Assembly (NCBI GenBank): GCA_965277105.1
Contig: OZ255710.1
Span: forward strand, 949,936-1,013,935
Direction: 5' to 3'
Length of the DNA: 64,000 bases
Source: Spirochaetota bacterium
Lineage (GTDB): Bacteria > Spirochaetota > UBA12135 > COTS27 > CAXSBA01
Part shown: positions 1-13,331 of the stretch, in pieces
How the letters are laid out: each line of letters starts with the position of its first letter
How positions within the stretch are numbered: position 1 is the first letter of the stretch
Program-made: the position numbers and the translations under genes
Notes under the pieces: generated by a model
Told to the model about the DNA's origin: nothing
What the model saw: only the letters and a program-made list of their open reading frames with translations
Databases searched by the model: none

Positions 1-461
1 GAAATTTTCCATATACCGGTTCATTTGAATTTTATCGTTTCTTTGATATAGGGAAAAGGGACTTAAAAAACGATACTACATTTGACGTTAGAACTTTTGA
101 AATTGATGATAGTTACAAGAATTTAAGCGATAAAGCTACTTTTAAATATGCATCGATTGAACATCGTGATATAATTGTTAATCATCCAGAATTAGATGAA
201 AATGATCATAAACCTACTATTGAGAACTTTAAGTTAGCTGAGAATCCTACTGACAATAGTAAAGTATTAGTTGTAGATGATGGAGACAATAGTATAAATA
301 ATCAAGGCATAGCAACAGATAAATTTTATGTTATAAATATACAAGCAGGTTTAACCCCTGGGGATTACACCTTTGACTTGGTTGTAAAAGCTGATGAAAA
401 TGATCCTGTTTATCAAGCAGGAGAGATTAGAAAAAATCTCGCTTTTACTATATTAGAGTAA
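1..461 (+). CDS. 3-prime part (153 codons) of a repeat-containing surface lipoprotein, paralog of the next gene; start lies upstream of window
   Basis: Open frame from window edge to TAA at 459-461. C-terminal block PGDYTFDLVVKADENDPVYQ parallels EGDYTFDVILDILDNDPKYQ of ORF 849-2363. Confidence 0.6.
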   Translation, partial: NFPYTGSFEFYRFFDIGKRDLKNDTTFDVRTFEIDDSYKNLSDKATFKYASIEHRDIIVNHPELDENDHKPTIENFKLAENPTDNSKVLVVDDGDNSINNQGIATDKFYVINIQAGLTPGDYTFDLVVKADENDPVYQAGEIRKNLAFTILE

Positions 462-478
462 CCCAAAGGCTCTTACTA

Positions 479-512
479 CCCCAAGAGAATAATCCCCATT
501 ATTCTCTTGGGG
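479..512 (+). terminator. Hairpin terminator candidate after the partial lipoprotein gene (perfect 15-bp stem, 4-nt loop)
   Basis: CCCCAAGAGAATAAT cccc ATTATTCTCTTGGGG read directly, starting 18 nt after the stop codon. No clean U-tail, so it may be factor-dependent or purely structural. Confidence 0.5.
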
Positions 513-798
513 CGAAATACTAGAAATAAAAGTAAAGACGCAGTTGTGTTAAAACTATTTATTTTATTTAGTGGCAATTATAATTATTTTATAACAACTG
601 CACAATATAACTTTCCATTACTAGCTAGAGAAATTTACATTATCACAAATGTTACAAATAATAATCCTCCATATTTCTTTAACTAACAACTAAAAGCTAG
701 GTTACCAAGTAATTTCCCAAAAACCACTACGTTTTAGTTTTTTTTTTATTAATATTTAATCTTCAAAAAAAATTATTTTATAGTTTTTATAGTTGTAG

Positions 799-804
799 TA
801 TAAT
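799..804 (+). promoter_or_regulatory. Candidate -10 hexamer TATAAT about 45 nt upstream of lipoprotein ATG (weak -35 TTTATT at 776-781)
   Basis: Consensus TATAAT in AT-rich intergenic region; spacing to ATG 849 compatible with a short leader. Confidence 0.3.
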
Positions 805-848
805 TTTAAACGAAATACTTATAAGTTTATATAAAAAAAAATAATAAT

Positions 849-2363
849 ATGAAAATAAAATATAATTTTAATAATAAATCATCAACAAGCCAACTTATAA
901 ACAAGAATAAAGGTCTTGCCTATTTCTTTTGCTTTTTAATGCTTCTTTTGTTTGGTTGTGCTAATAGCGAAAATTCATCGCTTTCTACTTCAACAGTAAT
1001 AAGTTCTAGTAGTTTTACAGTTGCTATACTAAAGCAAGAAGAAGAATTTGGGTATAGTGGGGAATTAGATTATGGTACTGTTAGTATTAATGGTGATGCA
1101 ACTGGTGATTTTTCTATTGAAAACTTTACAAATGATTCCGAAACTTCATTTACTCAAACTATAGAAATATTAAATAATAAAATAAAAGTGGAAAATGGTA
1201 TACCCGTAGGAAATTATAGCTTTGATGTGGTTTTTAAGGGTAATGGTGCCTACAATGGAGAAGCAAAAAAAACTCAAACTCTTATCATATCAAAAAGAGA
1301 AATAGATGCTAATAATCTTTCCGTAAAAGATAAACAAGAAACTGCTACAATTGTTAGGCTTGGGACTTCTGCTTTTACTTACAATTATAGAGAATTTACT
1401 TATGGAACTATCGATTATTTTGGACGTGCAGCTGAACCTCTATTTTCTATTGAAAATGTTAAGGATGAGAAAGGCGAAGACTTTACTAGTAAAAAGTTAA
1501 TAAAAGTTACTTCCAAGAATGAGATAAAAATACTGCCAGCAACCCCAGCTTTACCTATAGGGACTTATACTTTCGACATAGTTATAGAAGCGAACTCTAC
1601 TGATCCCAATTATAAAGGAAGAGTTACATCTTCTCAAACATTTAAAGTAGGAAAAACAATAGGTAACAATGATTATAGCCTTAAGCTAAATAAAACCGAA
1701 GAAACTACTGGTTATTCTGCTACTTTTAAATATGGAGCTATGACTATTTTTAATGGCGATATAAGCATAGACCCAGGAAAAGAAGAGTATAAATTTTCTA
1801 TTTCTGAAACCATCCAAGGGCCTTCGGGAGAACTAAATAATAACGATGGGAATTATCTAGAAATAACAAAACCTGATGAAATACAAGTGAACCCAGGCCT
1901 TGATGAAACAGGAGAATACACTTTCGCTTTAATTTTTGCTGTTACGAACAATTTTTATCAATCAGTAGCTACTAATGAATTAAAACTTAATATAAAAAAA
2001 ATTGAAATAAATAGCATTAATGATCCTTTTACTCTTGCTAATAAAACTAGTGCTAAAGAAAGTGGTTATAGCCAAGAATTTACCTATGCGACCATCACCA
2101 TTAATAATCTTAATCCCGCTATAACTAGCTATACTTTTTCTATTGGGAATCTCGTTAAACCTGATGGGGATCCCTTGGATAATAGTAATAATCAACACCT
2201 AGAAATAAGAGAAGATAAGATAATAGTGAAGCCAGGGCTAAACGATGAAGGGGATTATACTTTTGATGTTATTCTTGATATTCTTGATAACGATCCTAAA
2301 TACCAAGGACAAACTAGAAATAAATTCACTTTAAACATCACGTCTCCCCCAACTAATAATTAA
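849..2363 (+). CDS. Secreted repeat lipoprotein (504 aa) with 6-7 degenerate ~65-aa repeats carrying G-[DNTE]-Y-[TS]-F-[DA] motifs
   Basis: N-terminal signal with lipobox-like LLLFGC. Recurring GNYSFDVVF, GTYTFDIVI, GEYTFALIF, GDYTFDVIL blocks. Tandem to a paralog at 1-461. Confidence 0.75.
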   Translation: MKIKYNFNNKSSTSQLINKNKGLAYFFCFLMLLLFGCANSENSSLSTSTVISSSSFTVAILKQEEEFGYSGELDYGTVSINGDATGDFSIENFTNDSETSFTQTIEILNNKIKVENGIPVGNYSFDVVFKGNGAYNGEAKKTQTLIISKREIDANNLSVKDKQETATIVRLGTSAFTYNYREFTYGTIDYFGRAAEPLFSIENVKDEKGEDFTSKKLIKVTSKNEIKILPATPALPIGTYTFDIVIEANSTDPNYKGRVTSSQTFKVGKTIGNNDYSLKLNKTEETTGYSATFKYGAMTIFNGDISIDPGKEEYKFSISETIQGPSGELNNNDGNYLEITKPDEIQVNPGLDETGEYTFALIFAVTNNFYQSVATNELKLNIKKIEINSINDPFTLANKTSAKESGYSQEFTYATITINNLNPAITSYTFSIGNLVKPDGDPLDNSNNQHLEIREDKIIVKPGLNDEGDYTFDVILDILDNDPKYQGQTRNKFTLNITSPPTNN

Positions 2364-2438
2364 ACTGATACCACCCCCTAATATTAATTAACGCACACGA
2401 ATGCATACGGCGTTACTATAATTATCCTCCTTAAATTT

Positions 2439-2527
2439 ATTCTCTTTAGTGCTGATGATCCCTTTTATACGAGGAAACTTGATGGATCAATTCGTTTTAA
2501 TACAACACATTAATTGCTAAAGAGAAT
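2439..2527. repeat. Long-range inverted repeat (ATTCTCTTTAGtGC ... GCtAAAGAGAAT) with 63-nt spacer in the 450-bp ftsH upstream region; possible structured leader RNA or ncRNA
   Basis: Arms at 2439-2452 and 2516-2527 are reverse complements (11 of 11, plus GC across a 1-nt bulge). The intergenic region is unusually long for this compact locus. Confidence 0.3.
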
Positions 2528-2812
2528 ATTTATTTCATAGGCTTATTGTCACTAAGCAAGCAGCCTACTAAAAGCTTGTAAAAAATAATTTGATTATAAA
2601 AATAACCATGTTTTTTTTATGGTATTTTTTTAATTTAAACTCTTTTTAATTACTTTTACATTAACGATAGAAAACATAAAAAAACTCGTTCATCATTAAG
2701 AACTAATCTAAAAATTTGATTTTTTTCGAAAATTCAATTATTATATAATATAGTATTATTAAGTAATAAAATACTGAAAACGATAGGAGAATATAAAAAT
2801 TTCAAACTAAAA

Positions 2813-4744
2813 ATGAGTAAAAAAGCCCCCGATAAAGACAATAAAAAATTTCTAAAAGATCTAGAAAAAAAGTTAAAAAACCAGAAAAAACCTGACCCTA
2901 ATAAAAAACCGCAAAAGCCTACTTCCCCTTGGAATAGATTTTCTTTATTTTTAATTTCTTTGTTAGTAATCTTCACCTTAGTGAGCCTTTACAACCAAGA
3001 CGGGCAAGATAAAAAAGTAGTCGAAATTGCTTACTCTGATTTTGTTAGAAACGTTGAAGATGGGCTCATTAAAGAAGCGCTAATTATCGAGAACTTAAGC
3101 CTTATTGAGTTTGAAAAAGATGGTATTGCTTATAGCACTCGTATCCCCTACCCCGATGATAACCTCATCAATATCCTACTAACTAATGACGTTAAAATCA
3201 ACTCGGAAACCAGAGAGCAATCTAAAATTCTTCTTATTTTCTTGCAGTGGCTACCGTGGATTTTTTTAATGCTTTTTTTCTGGTTTATTATCTCCAAACA
3301 AATTAAAGGGCGCGGAGGAGAAGCTTTTAACTTTGGGAAAAGCAAGGCCAATATGGTTGATAAAGAAAAAATTAAAGAACGATTTTCGGATGTCAAAGGC
3401 TGTGATGAGGCTATTGAAGATTTAAAAGATGTCGTAACTTTTTTGTCAGAATCACGAAAGTTTACTCAAATCGGTGCTAAAATTCCTAAAGGCATTTTAC
3501 TTGTAGGCTCTCCGGGAACTGGGAAAACCCTACTAGCTAGAGCCATTGCCGGAGAGGCTAAAGTCCCTTTTTTCAATATTTCTGGATCAGACTTTGTGGA
3601 AATGTTTGTGGGTGTAGGAGCTTCTCGAGTTCGTGACTTATTTGAAAACGCTAAGAAAAAATCTCCTTGCATTATCTTTATTGACGAAATTGATGCTGTG
3701 GGGAGAGCTAGAGGAGTAGGCTATGGAGGAGGTAATGATGAAAGGGAGCAAACCCTTAACCAACTCCTAGTAGAAATGGATGGCTTTAAAAACGAGCAAG
3801 GGATTATTATTTTAGCCGCTACCAACCGAGTAGATGTTTTAGATAAAGCCTTACTTCGTCCCGGACGTTTTGACCGACAAGTCATAGTGGACGTCCCTGA
3901 CTTAAGGGGAAGGGAAGCCATTTTGCAGGTGCATGCTAGGAAAATTAAATACAGCAAAGATACCGATTTTAAAACCATTGCTCGCGGGACCATTGGATTT
4001 ACCGGAGCAGACTTGGCCAATTTAATCAATGAAGCGGCTTTATTTGCTACTAGAGCTAACCGCAAAGAAGTGAAGCAAATTGATTTAGAATTAGCCAAAG
4101 ATAAGATTATGCTGGGAGCCGAAAGGAAGTCCGTGTTCATTAATCCCCGAGAGAAAAAAAATACCGCTTATCACGAAGCCGGGCATGCGTTAGTAAGCCT
4201 ACTGACTCCTGAGGCTAATGACCTTAATAAAGTTACTATTGTTCCTCGTGGAAGAGCTTTAGGCGTAACCCACTTTTTACCAGAAGATGGGAAGCTAACT
4301 ATGTCGAAGAAACATCTAGAAGCTGAACTAAAAGTTTTATACGGCGGAAGAATAGCAGAAGAAATTATTTTTAAAGACGTCACCAACGGAGCCATGAACG
4401 ATATTGAGCGGGCAACTCAAATTGCTAGATCGATGGTTTGCGAATGGGGACTGAGTAATTTGGGCCCCATTTTTTACGGCGAGCAAGATAAAACCTTAGG
4501 CTACTTTGGTGGTGGTATGGGATCAGATAAAAATTATTCCCCTGATATACGGCTTAAAATTGATAATGAAATAAAATCTATTCTCAATAAAGCTTATAGG
4601 GAAGCCAAAAAAACATTAGTCACTAACATAAAAAAATTAAAAAAGCTAGCAGAAACTTTATTAGAAAAAGAAACCTTAGATGTCAAGGAAGTTTGTAAAC
4701 TGCTTAGTTTTGACTATAGTAAATTAAAAAATAAAACTAACTAA
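2813..4744 (+). CDS. ftsH: ATP-dependent zinc metalloprotease FtsH
   Basis: Walker [17 protein letters not shown] second region of homology, HEAGHA zinc site, N-terminal TM segments plus Lys-rich N-terminal extension. Confidence 0.95.
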   Translation: MSKKAPDKDNKKFLKDLEKKLKNQKKPDPNKKPQKPTSPWNRFSLFLISLLVIFTLVSLYNQDGQDKKVVEIAYSDFVRNVEDGLIKEALIIENLSLIEFEKDGIAYSTRIPYPDDNLINILLTNDVKINSETREQSKILLIFLQWLPWIFLMLFFWFIISKQIKGRGGEAFNFGKSKANMVDKEKIKERFSDVKGCDEAIEDLKDVVTFLSESRKFTQIGAKIPKGILLVGSPGTGKTLLARAIAGEAKVPFFNISGSDFVEMFVGVGASRVRDLFENAKKKSPCIIFIDEIDAVGRARGVGYGGGNDEREQTLNQLLVEMDGFKNEQGIIILAATNRVDVLDKALLRPGRFDRQVIVDVPDLRGREAILQVHARKIKYSKDTDFKTIARGTIGFTGADLANLINEAALFATRANRKEVKQIDLELAKDKIMLGAERKSVFINPREKKNTAYHEAGHALVSLLTPEANDLNKVTIVPRGRALGVTHFLPEDGKLTMSKKHLEAELKVLYGGRIAEEIIFKDVTNGAMNDIERATQIARSMVCEWGLSNLGPIFYGEQDKTLGYFGGGMGSDKNYSPDIRLKIDNEIKSILNKAYREAKKTLVTNIKKLKKLAETLLEKETLDVKEVCKLLSFDYSKLKNKTN

Positions 4745-4756
4745 AATAAAAAAGCT

Positions 4757-5743
4757 ATGAGAAATCTATCTTTAAAAAAAGTTTTTTTCTTTTCAATTTT
4801 AGCGGTTACACTAGTGATGACTATCTCGCTTTTTTTTATCCGGGAAGAGGAAATCTTTTCTCATAATAATGATCTCCAAAAAGAGTTATTTGTTTTTGAA
4901 GAAGAGTTTTTTCTTTTTATCAACGATGAGTTAGAAGAACTTTATCTAAAAAATGGTGAAGTAGATATCCCCCCCGAAGCAATCGAAAGTTTAGGCGCTC
5001 AAGCTCTAGAAAAAATTAACGACTTTGCTAAGGAAAAAAATATTAGCTCCCCGGATAACTCTGAAATACTTTTCCGCATTGAGAAACTTAAACTTTTTGT
5101 TTATCTTAACGTTCTTCATGACTACCAAAAAGCAGAAAATGCTTTAAATATTCTACCCAATACGGAAAATAAATTATTACTGATCAATGACTACATCCAG
5201 GCTTTTTCTTTTGACGAAGAAGAAAAAGTTAAAAGGTATTTAAAAACCAATAAAAATTGGATCCAAAATATGGATTACCAAACTTATAACGATTTTGAAA
5301 ACGCGATATTCCTCTCGGCTCCCATTGGAAAAAATTTCCCTGACTATCTAAAAAATTATCAAACTGTTTCAGGAGAAAAAATTAATCTGCAAAACAAGCA
5401 AGGAAAAATAATTTTAATTGACTTTTGGGCTAGCTGGTGTGTGCCTTGTTTAGCTGAGTTGCCTTACCTCATTGAAGCCCACAATGCTTATAAAAATAAA
5501 GGTTTTGAAATCATATCTATTAGTTTAGATGAAGATCGCGACACTTTTTTTAACTTCCTACAGAAATGGCAAATCAAATGGGCTCAGTTTTTTGATGGCA
5601 AAGGATTTACTGGAAAACTAGTAAACGACTACGGAGTAAAATCGCTCCCCACTACTTTCTTGCTTAATGAAAAGGGGGAAGTAATTGAAAAAGATTTATC
5701 AGGAAATGACCTACTAAGGATTCTTCATAAATCTCTAAAATGA
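4757..5743 (+). CDS. TlpA/ResA-like thiol-disulfide oxidoreductase (thioredoxin fold) with N-terminal TM anchor and extra N-terminal domain
   Basis: FWASWCVPC redox motif, AhpC/TSA-like C-terminal domain, hydrophobic N-terminus. Confidence 0.8.
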   Translation: MRNLSLKKVFFFSILAVTLVMTISLFFIREEEIFSHNNDLQKELFVFEEEFFLFINDELEELYLKNGEVDIPPEAIESLGAQALEKINDFAKEKNISSPDNSEILFRIEKLKLFVYLNVLHDYQKAENALNILPNTENKLLLINDYIQAFSFDEEEKVKRYLKTNKNWIQNMDYQTYNDFENAIFLSAPIGKNFPDYLKNYQTVSGEKINLQNKQGKIILIDFWASWCVPCLAELPYLIEAHNAYKNKGFEIISISLDEDRDTFFNFLQKWQIKWAQFFDGKGFTGKLVNDYGVKSLPTTFLLNEKGEVIEKDLSGNDLLRILHKSLK

Positions 5744-5744
5744 A

Positions 5745-6440
5745 ATGTCTCTGGCCACCAACCTCACTACGATTCTAAAACGAATTAAAAATGCCTGTGA
5801 ACAAGTTGGCCGCCCTCTTACAGAAGTAAAACCTATTTGGGTTACTAAGACTGTTTCTATTGCTACTATTAAGGAAGTTCTTGCCTTAAATCAACAACTT
5901 ATAGGAGAAAACAAAGCACAAGAAATAGCAAAGAAAATTCCTTTGCTTAGAGAAAATAATTACCAGTGCCACTTCTTGGGAAATTTACAATCCAATAAAA
6001 TTAAAAACGTCATTCCTCATATTCACTACCTTCATTCCTTAGACAAAATAACCTTAGCTGAAAAAATAGAAAAATTTCTTCAGCAAAACCCTTCTTTACC
6101 TAAGCTAAAAGTACTAATTCAAATTAACTCAAGTGGAGAAACCAATAAACACGGTATCAAAGAAAACGAGCTTGACTTATTCCTCGAAAAAACTCTTGCT
6201 TTCTCGAGATTAGAAATAAAAGGATTAATGACGATGGCTCCTTTTACCGAAGACCAAAAAGCGATTAGAAGTTGTTTTAGAGGCCTGAAAAAACTCCAAT
6301 TAAAAACCTTAGAAAAATTTAAAGGCAAGCTGGAACTTAACGAACTTTCTATGGGCATGTCCAATGACTTTGAACTAGCTATCGCCGAAGGAGCTACTAT
6401 GGTTCGTATAGGACGGCTTTTATTTGGAGAAAGGAATTAG
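5745..6440 (+). CDS. YggS-family PLP-binding (pyridoxal phosphate homeostasis) protein
   Basis: Alanine-racemase-N-like fold motifs incl. HFLGNLQSNK and C-terminal RIGRLLFG. Confidence 0.8.
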   Translation: MSLATNLTTILKRIKNACEQVGRPLTEVKPIWVTKTVSIATIKEVLALNQQLIGENKAQEIAKKIPLLRENNYQCHFLGNLQSNKIKNVIPHIHYLHSLDKITLAEKIEKFLQQNPSLPKLKVLIQINSSGETNKHGIKENELDLFLEKTLAFSRLEIKGLMTMAPFTEDQKAIRSCFRGLKKLQLKTLEKFKGKLELNELSMGMSNDFELAIAEGATMVRIGRLLFGERN

Positions 6441-6449
6441 TTATCTAAA

Positions 6450-7997
6450 ATGAAAAACTGGATAAAGAAAATAAAAGAAGCAGATTTTCTAAAAAAAGCT
6501 ACCATTGAGAAAAAAACTATTTCTATTTTTTCTACTAAAAAATTAGTACAAAATACCCCTGGAAGCTTTTTATATCAAAACGATTTAATAGATAACCTGG
6601 GAAAAGAAATTACCATTGGAATTTATGAAGACTCTGATTATCAAGAAAATATTTTAATTGGTCATAACGAAATTTATTTGCGTTCTTTTTTTTACAAAAC
6701 CCTAACCGCGAAGACTAAAGAAGAATTAATCACTTTTATTTTTTATCATCAAATTGTTAAAGACCCTGCCTTTAACGATCTCTTGATTGATTTAAATGGT
6801 TTGTTAAATGATTTTCTAAAAAGCCGCCAACAAATTTTAAATTCGGAAGAATTTCATTTTCTCTATGAAGAAATCTCCAAAGAGCATTTGATTTCTATTT
6901 TGGGACTAATTTTTGTTTCCCTTATGCATTATAAAACATTTGACCAAAAACTCAATTTAATTGAAAAGAAAAATCTCAAAGAAATTTTCTTCGCTAAAAA
7001 AATGAAAAAGTTACTAGGACTCGAAGATGATGCCTTTGAGTACATTTATGAAAAAAATGATTTTAAAAAACCACCTAAAGCAGTAATCGAAAATTACACG
7101 AAAATAAAAGAAGTTATCGAAAATAAAAAAATTAGTTTTATGGAATATATTCATAGGACTATTTTGCAAAAAAAAATTCTCTTCTGGGGAATTTGGACTA
7201 TAAGCCCTTTTTTAGCCTTAGACATTAGCATCTTTTTAAACCTACTAAGTCAAAGTAAAAATCTTAAACGAATCTATATTGATTTACCCATTAGTAGTGA
7301 AATCATTTTAAAAAAAATTATTGCCGAAGAAAAGTTTTCTCAACAAGAAGATGCTGTGGAGAGAGAAATAAAAAAACTATACCCTAATTTTGTCGAAGAC
7401 TATGCTAAAGAAACCTTGCCTTATTTCGCCCTTTTAGAAAAGATAAAAATCTTTAATATTCCTTTTTTTCTTAATGGTTTTTCCGGAGAAGAAATCCCTT
7501 ACAAAGTGCCCCAGGTTATCAATAAAGAATTAGTTTTTGAAAATGAGCAAGATTGGGAAGAAAGCATTTCTCTAGAAATAAAAAATCTGGATAAAATTAG
7601 TGACCAAGAATTAGTTATTTTTTTCTTTTTTTTAAAACCCATGCACTTTTTGCCTCCCTCTATTCAAAAAAATTCTAAAGTAGAAAAACTTATCCACGGG
7701 GACCCTTTTTTAGGATATGGACCCAAAAAAGCAGAAAACTCAATTGCTACCTACTCCCAATACAATACCGATAAATCTTATTCTTTTATTATTGAAAATA
7801 TTGACAAGCTTTACTTTAAAGATGAAATTATTAATCATTACCCACAATCTAAGTTTCTTATTTATCCTTTAAAAAACAGTCATTTTAATCAGTTTGGTTT
7901 ATTTGATAGTCTTATGTATTCTAATTTTAAAGGTGGGGGAGGCTTTGATGAAAAGCGCACTCCTTTTATCCCGACAAAAGATAAGATTAGGGTATAA
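6450..7997 (+). CDS. Hypothetical protein (515 aa), no recognisable domain
   Basis: Long ORF with genome-typical codon usage, last gene of the ftsH-side plus-strand array. Confidence 0.55.
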   Translation: MKNWIKKIKEADFLKKATIEKKTISIFSTKKLVQNTPGSFLYQNDLIDNLGKEITIGIYEDSDYQENILIGHNEIYLRSFFYKTLTAKTKEELITFIFYHQIVKDPAFNDLLIDLNGLLNDFLKSRQQILNSEEFHFLYEEISKEHLISILGLIFVSLMHYKTFDQKLNLIEKKNLKEIFFAKKMKKLLGLEDDAFEYIYEKNDFKKPPKAVIENYTKIKEVIENKKISFMEYIHRTILQKKILFWGIWTISPFLALDISIFLNLLSQSKNLKRIYIDLPISSEIILKKIIAEEKFSQQEDAVEREIKKLYPNFVEDYAKETLPYFALLEKIKIFNIPFFLNGFSGEEIPYKVPQVINKELVFENEQDWEESISLEIKNLDKISDQELVIFFFFLKPMHFLPPSIQKNSKVEKLIHGDPFLGYGPKKAENSIATYSQYNTDKSYSFIIENIDKLYFKDEIINHYPQSKFLIYPLKNSHFNQFGLFDSLMYSNFKGGGGFDEKRTPFIPTKDKIRV

Positions 7998-8003
7998 AAA
8001 AAT

Positions 8004-8596
8004 CTAGCAGTTTTCTTCTCTTAGCTTGGCTTGAGAATAATAACGATAATAATCTAAAAGCGTGCTCCCAAACTTCCTAGTTTTCCAATGAGTAAAATTA
8101 TTGGCTAAAAAATCACCTTCTTTATTTTCTATTATTCTATTTTTATTCCTTTCAATAATCACCATCCCTGTTTTTTTTAACAACTGGTATTGTAAAAGAT
8201 TTTTTATTATTGCTGGATAACTTTCTTTAAAATTATAAGGAGGATCAATAAAAATAAAATCAAAACGAATGTTTTTTTTTAAAAAAAACCTTATTCTCTC
8301 ATGATAACTCCCTCGCAAAGCAACCCCAGGGATAATATATTTATGGATATTCTCTAATAAAGAGAAAAATAACTTTTTATCTCTCTCAATAAAACCAACG
8401 TAGCTAGCCCCATTGGAGTAAGCTTCCAAACCCACAGCTCCAGTGCCTGCAAAAAGATCTAAAAAAAAACTTCCTAAAAGCTTTGGTTTAATAGTAGTAA
8501 TGAGTGATCTTTTGACAATGGCTTCTGTGGGACGAAGAGATGAGTTTTTGTAAACGTAAATGGGACGATTCTTAAGCTGCCCGGAACTAACCTTCA

Positions 8597-8597
<1 letters not shown>
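8004..8597 (-). CDS. rsmD: 16S rRNA (guanine966-N2)-methyltransferase RsmD
   Basis: DLFAGTGAVGLEA motif I and IDPPY motif IV; start overlaps gyrB stop by 1 nt (TAATG). Confidence 0.8.
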
Positions 8598-11556
<2,959 letters not shown>

Positions 11557-11614
11557 TTAAAATATTAAATAAAACCAGAAAAATATAGTTTACAACTATA
11601 ATATAATTACGCTC

Positions 11615-12670
11615 TTATGTCACTTGAGTTAATAAATTTTTATTTCTTTTAATAATTATTTCTTCTTTTTTTTCTAATAAATAATTCGATAAAATCTCTG
11701 GTTGCTTTTTCTGCAGAATAAATCTTTTTAATATTTTTTCTTGCTCAGTAGGAACCACCTGCCTAATAGCAGGGCGCACTTTCGATAATTCTTGAAAAGC
11801 TAAATCCAATTCACTATCACTCACTTTAACGCTAGGAATTATTTCCGTGTTAAAAAAGGCCTCTATCGTTAATTGTTTTCTATAAGTGTCTAAGGTTTTT
11901 TTAACAATACTTTGACTTAGAAATTTACTCTTTTTCATATCCACTTCGATTAGTTTATTAAAAATCAACTCTTCTCTAACTTCATCTAATATTTTTTCAT
12001 ATTGGTTAGGATTTCTTTCCTTAGCTTGTTCTTTACTTAAACCAAAAGAAGCCAACTGTTGCTGCAAGATAAGGTCAAGGTCTTTTTGAGTGATATCTTC
12101 TTTGTTAACTACCGCAATAACTTCAGCGTCTATTTTTTTTCTAGAGACTTTATATTTTTTCTCTAATTTTTTTTGATAGACATTTTTAGAAGCTTGTAAT
12201 TTTTCTAAAAGCGCTAAACGATATAGCCCGGATTTTTCTTCGTTCGATAAAGTCGAAAAAGGTTTTTTATCTTGATTGTATTTATTATAAACTTTTTCCA
12301 TATCTGCTTCGCTTACTTTGTCATTAGATAAGTCAACGTTTTTCAAAGTATAAATCTGCCCAATCCACTTCAAATAAGTTTGCTCATATTTCTGATTAAC
12401 TAAAGGATGCTTAGTCGTAATATCTTTTTCTTCGGCACTTAAGAGTAATATCTTTTGATCCAAATACCTACTTAGCATAGTATTTTTATCAATTTTTTGC
12501 TGGGATAGTAAATCATCCACTGACTTCTTATTGGCAATAAATTTTTGAATATCAACATACTCTTGAAATTCTTTTAAAGCAATATCAATATTCCCTAACT
12601 TTGCTAAGGTGTTAGCATAACTAATAAAAAAGAAAAGAAAAAATATAGAGATAAATTTATTTATTGTCAT
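11615..12670 (-). CDS. Secreted SurA-N-terminal-domain-like periplasmic chaperone (no PPIase domain)
   Basis: Signal peptide FFLFFFISYANT, long helical chaperone-like region; tentative assignment. Confidence 0.5.
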   Translation of the reverse strand: MTINKFISIFFLFFFISYANTLAKLGNIDIALKEFQEYVDIQKFIANKKSVDDLLSQQKIDKNTMLSRYLDQKILLLSAEEKDITTKHPLVNQKYEQTYLKWIGQIYTLKNVDLSNDKVSEADMEKVYNKYNQDKKPFSTLSNEEKSGLYRLALLEKLQASKNVYQKKLEKKYKVSRKKIDAEVIAVVNKEDITQKDLDLILQQQLASFGLSKEQAKERNPNQYEKILDEVREELIFNKLIEVDMKKSKFLSQSIVKKTLDTYRKQLTIEAFFNTEIIPSVKVSDSELDLAFQELSKVRPAIRQVVPTEQEKILKRFILQKKQPEILSNYLLEKKEEIIIKRNKNLLTQVT

Positions 12671-12788
12671 AATACCATATTATACTATAATTATCATAAA
12701 ATTGGTTAAAAATTTATCGATTTGCTTTTATCTACTCTAAATTTAAAATACTTCTTTTAATCAAAAAAAATATAAAAACCCCTAAAAT

Positions 12789-13316
12789 TTAGTCAGAATT
12801 GTCCTTATAAAACCGAGTAATTTGATAGTTAATTCCTTTTTCTTGGTGTTTTTCTAAAACAACTTTTTTAGGGAAAAACTGCAAGTATTCTTCTTTGGGG
12901 AAAAATTTATCACAATCAAAAGAGCGAGTAATTTCCGTAATGTAAATCGCTTTCACCATTTCTACCCACTTTAAACATTCCTGATAAAGCCTAGCTCCCC
13001 CAATAACAAAAACCTCTTCCGCTTCTCCACTAGCAAACTCCACAGCTTCTTCTAAATTTTTAAAAATAAAAGCGTTCTGAGTTAAAGTAGTATTTTGACT
13101 GATAATAATATTAATCCTCCCAGGCAAGGGTCGGTATTTTTCTGGTATAGATTCCCAAGTATAACGCCCCATAATAACGGCATTCTTTTTTTTAGTTTTG
13201 GTTTTAGTAGTAGTTTCCTTAAAAAAAGCTAAGTCGTTTTTCAAGTGCCAGGGCAGAACTCCGTTTTTTCCGATACCATTACATTTATCGATCGCTACTA
13301 TAAGAGAAAATTTCAT
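12789..13316 (-). CDS. folA: Dihydrofolate reductase
   Basis: IVAIDKCNGIGKNGVLPWHL and MGRYTWESIP motifs. Confidence 0.85.
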   Translation of the reverse strand: MKFSLIVAIDKCNGIGKNGVLPWHLKNDLAFFKETTTKTKTKKKNAVIMGRYTWESIPEKYRPLPGRINIIISQNTTLTQNAFIFKNLEEAVEFASGEAEEVFVIGGARLYQECLKWVEMVKAIYITEITRSFDCDKFFPKEEYLQFFPKKVVLEKHQEKGINYQITRFYKDNSD

Positions 13317-13331
13317 ATATTTTTTACAACC

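Noticed and set aside
1980-2198. Minus-strand 72-aa ORF inside the lipoprotein gene (and similar antisense ORFs at 3148-3396, 3466-3672, 3721-4140, 4171-4395 within ftsH; 8917-9111 within gyrB; 16081-16281 and 16439-16645 within aspS; 21946-22188 within purL, etc.)
   Set aside because: They lie entirely inside, and antisense to or out of frame with, strongly supported conserved genes. They are AT-rich frame artefacts with no motifs.
2734-2976. Minus-strand 80-aa ORF across the ftsH start
   Set aside because: It is antisense to the ftsH N-terminus and is made of Phe/Leu-rich codons from a poly-A/T region.
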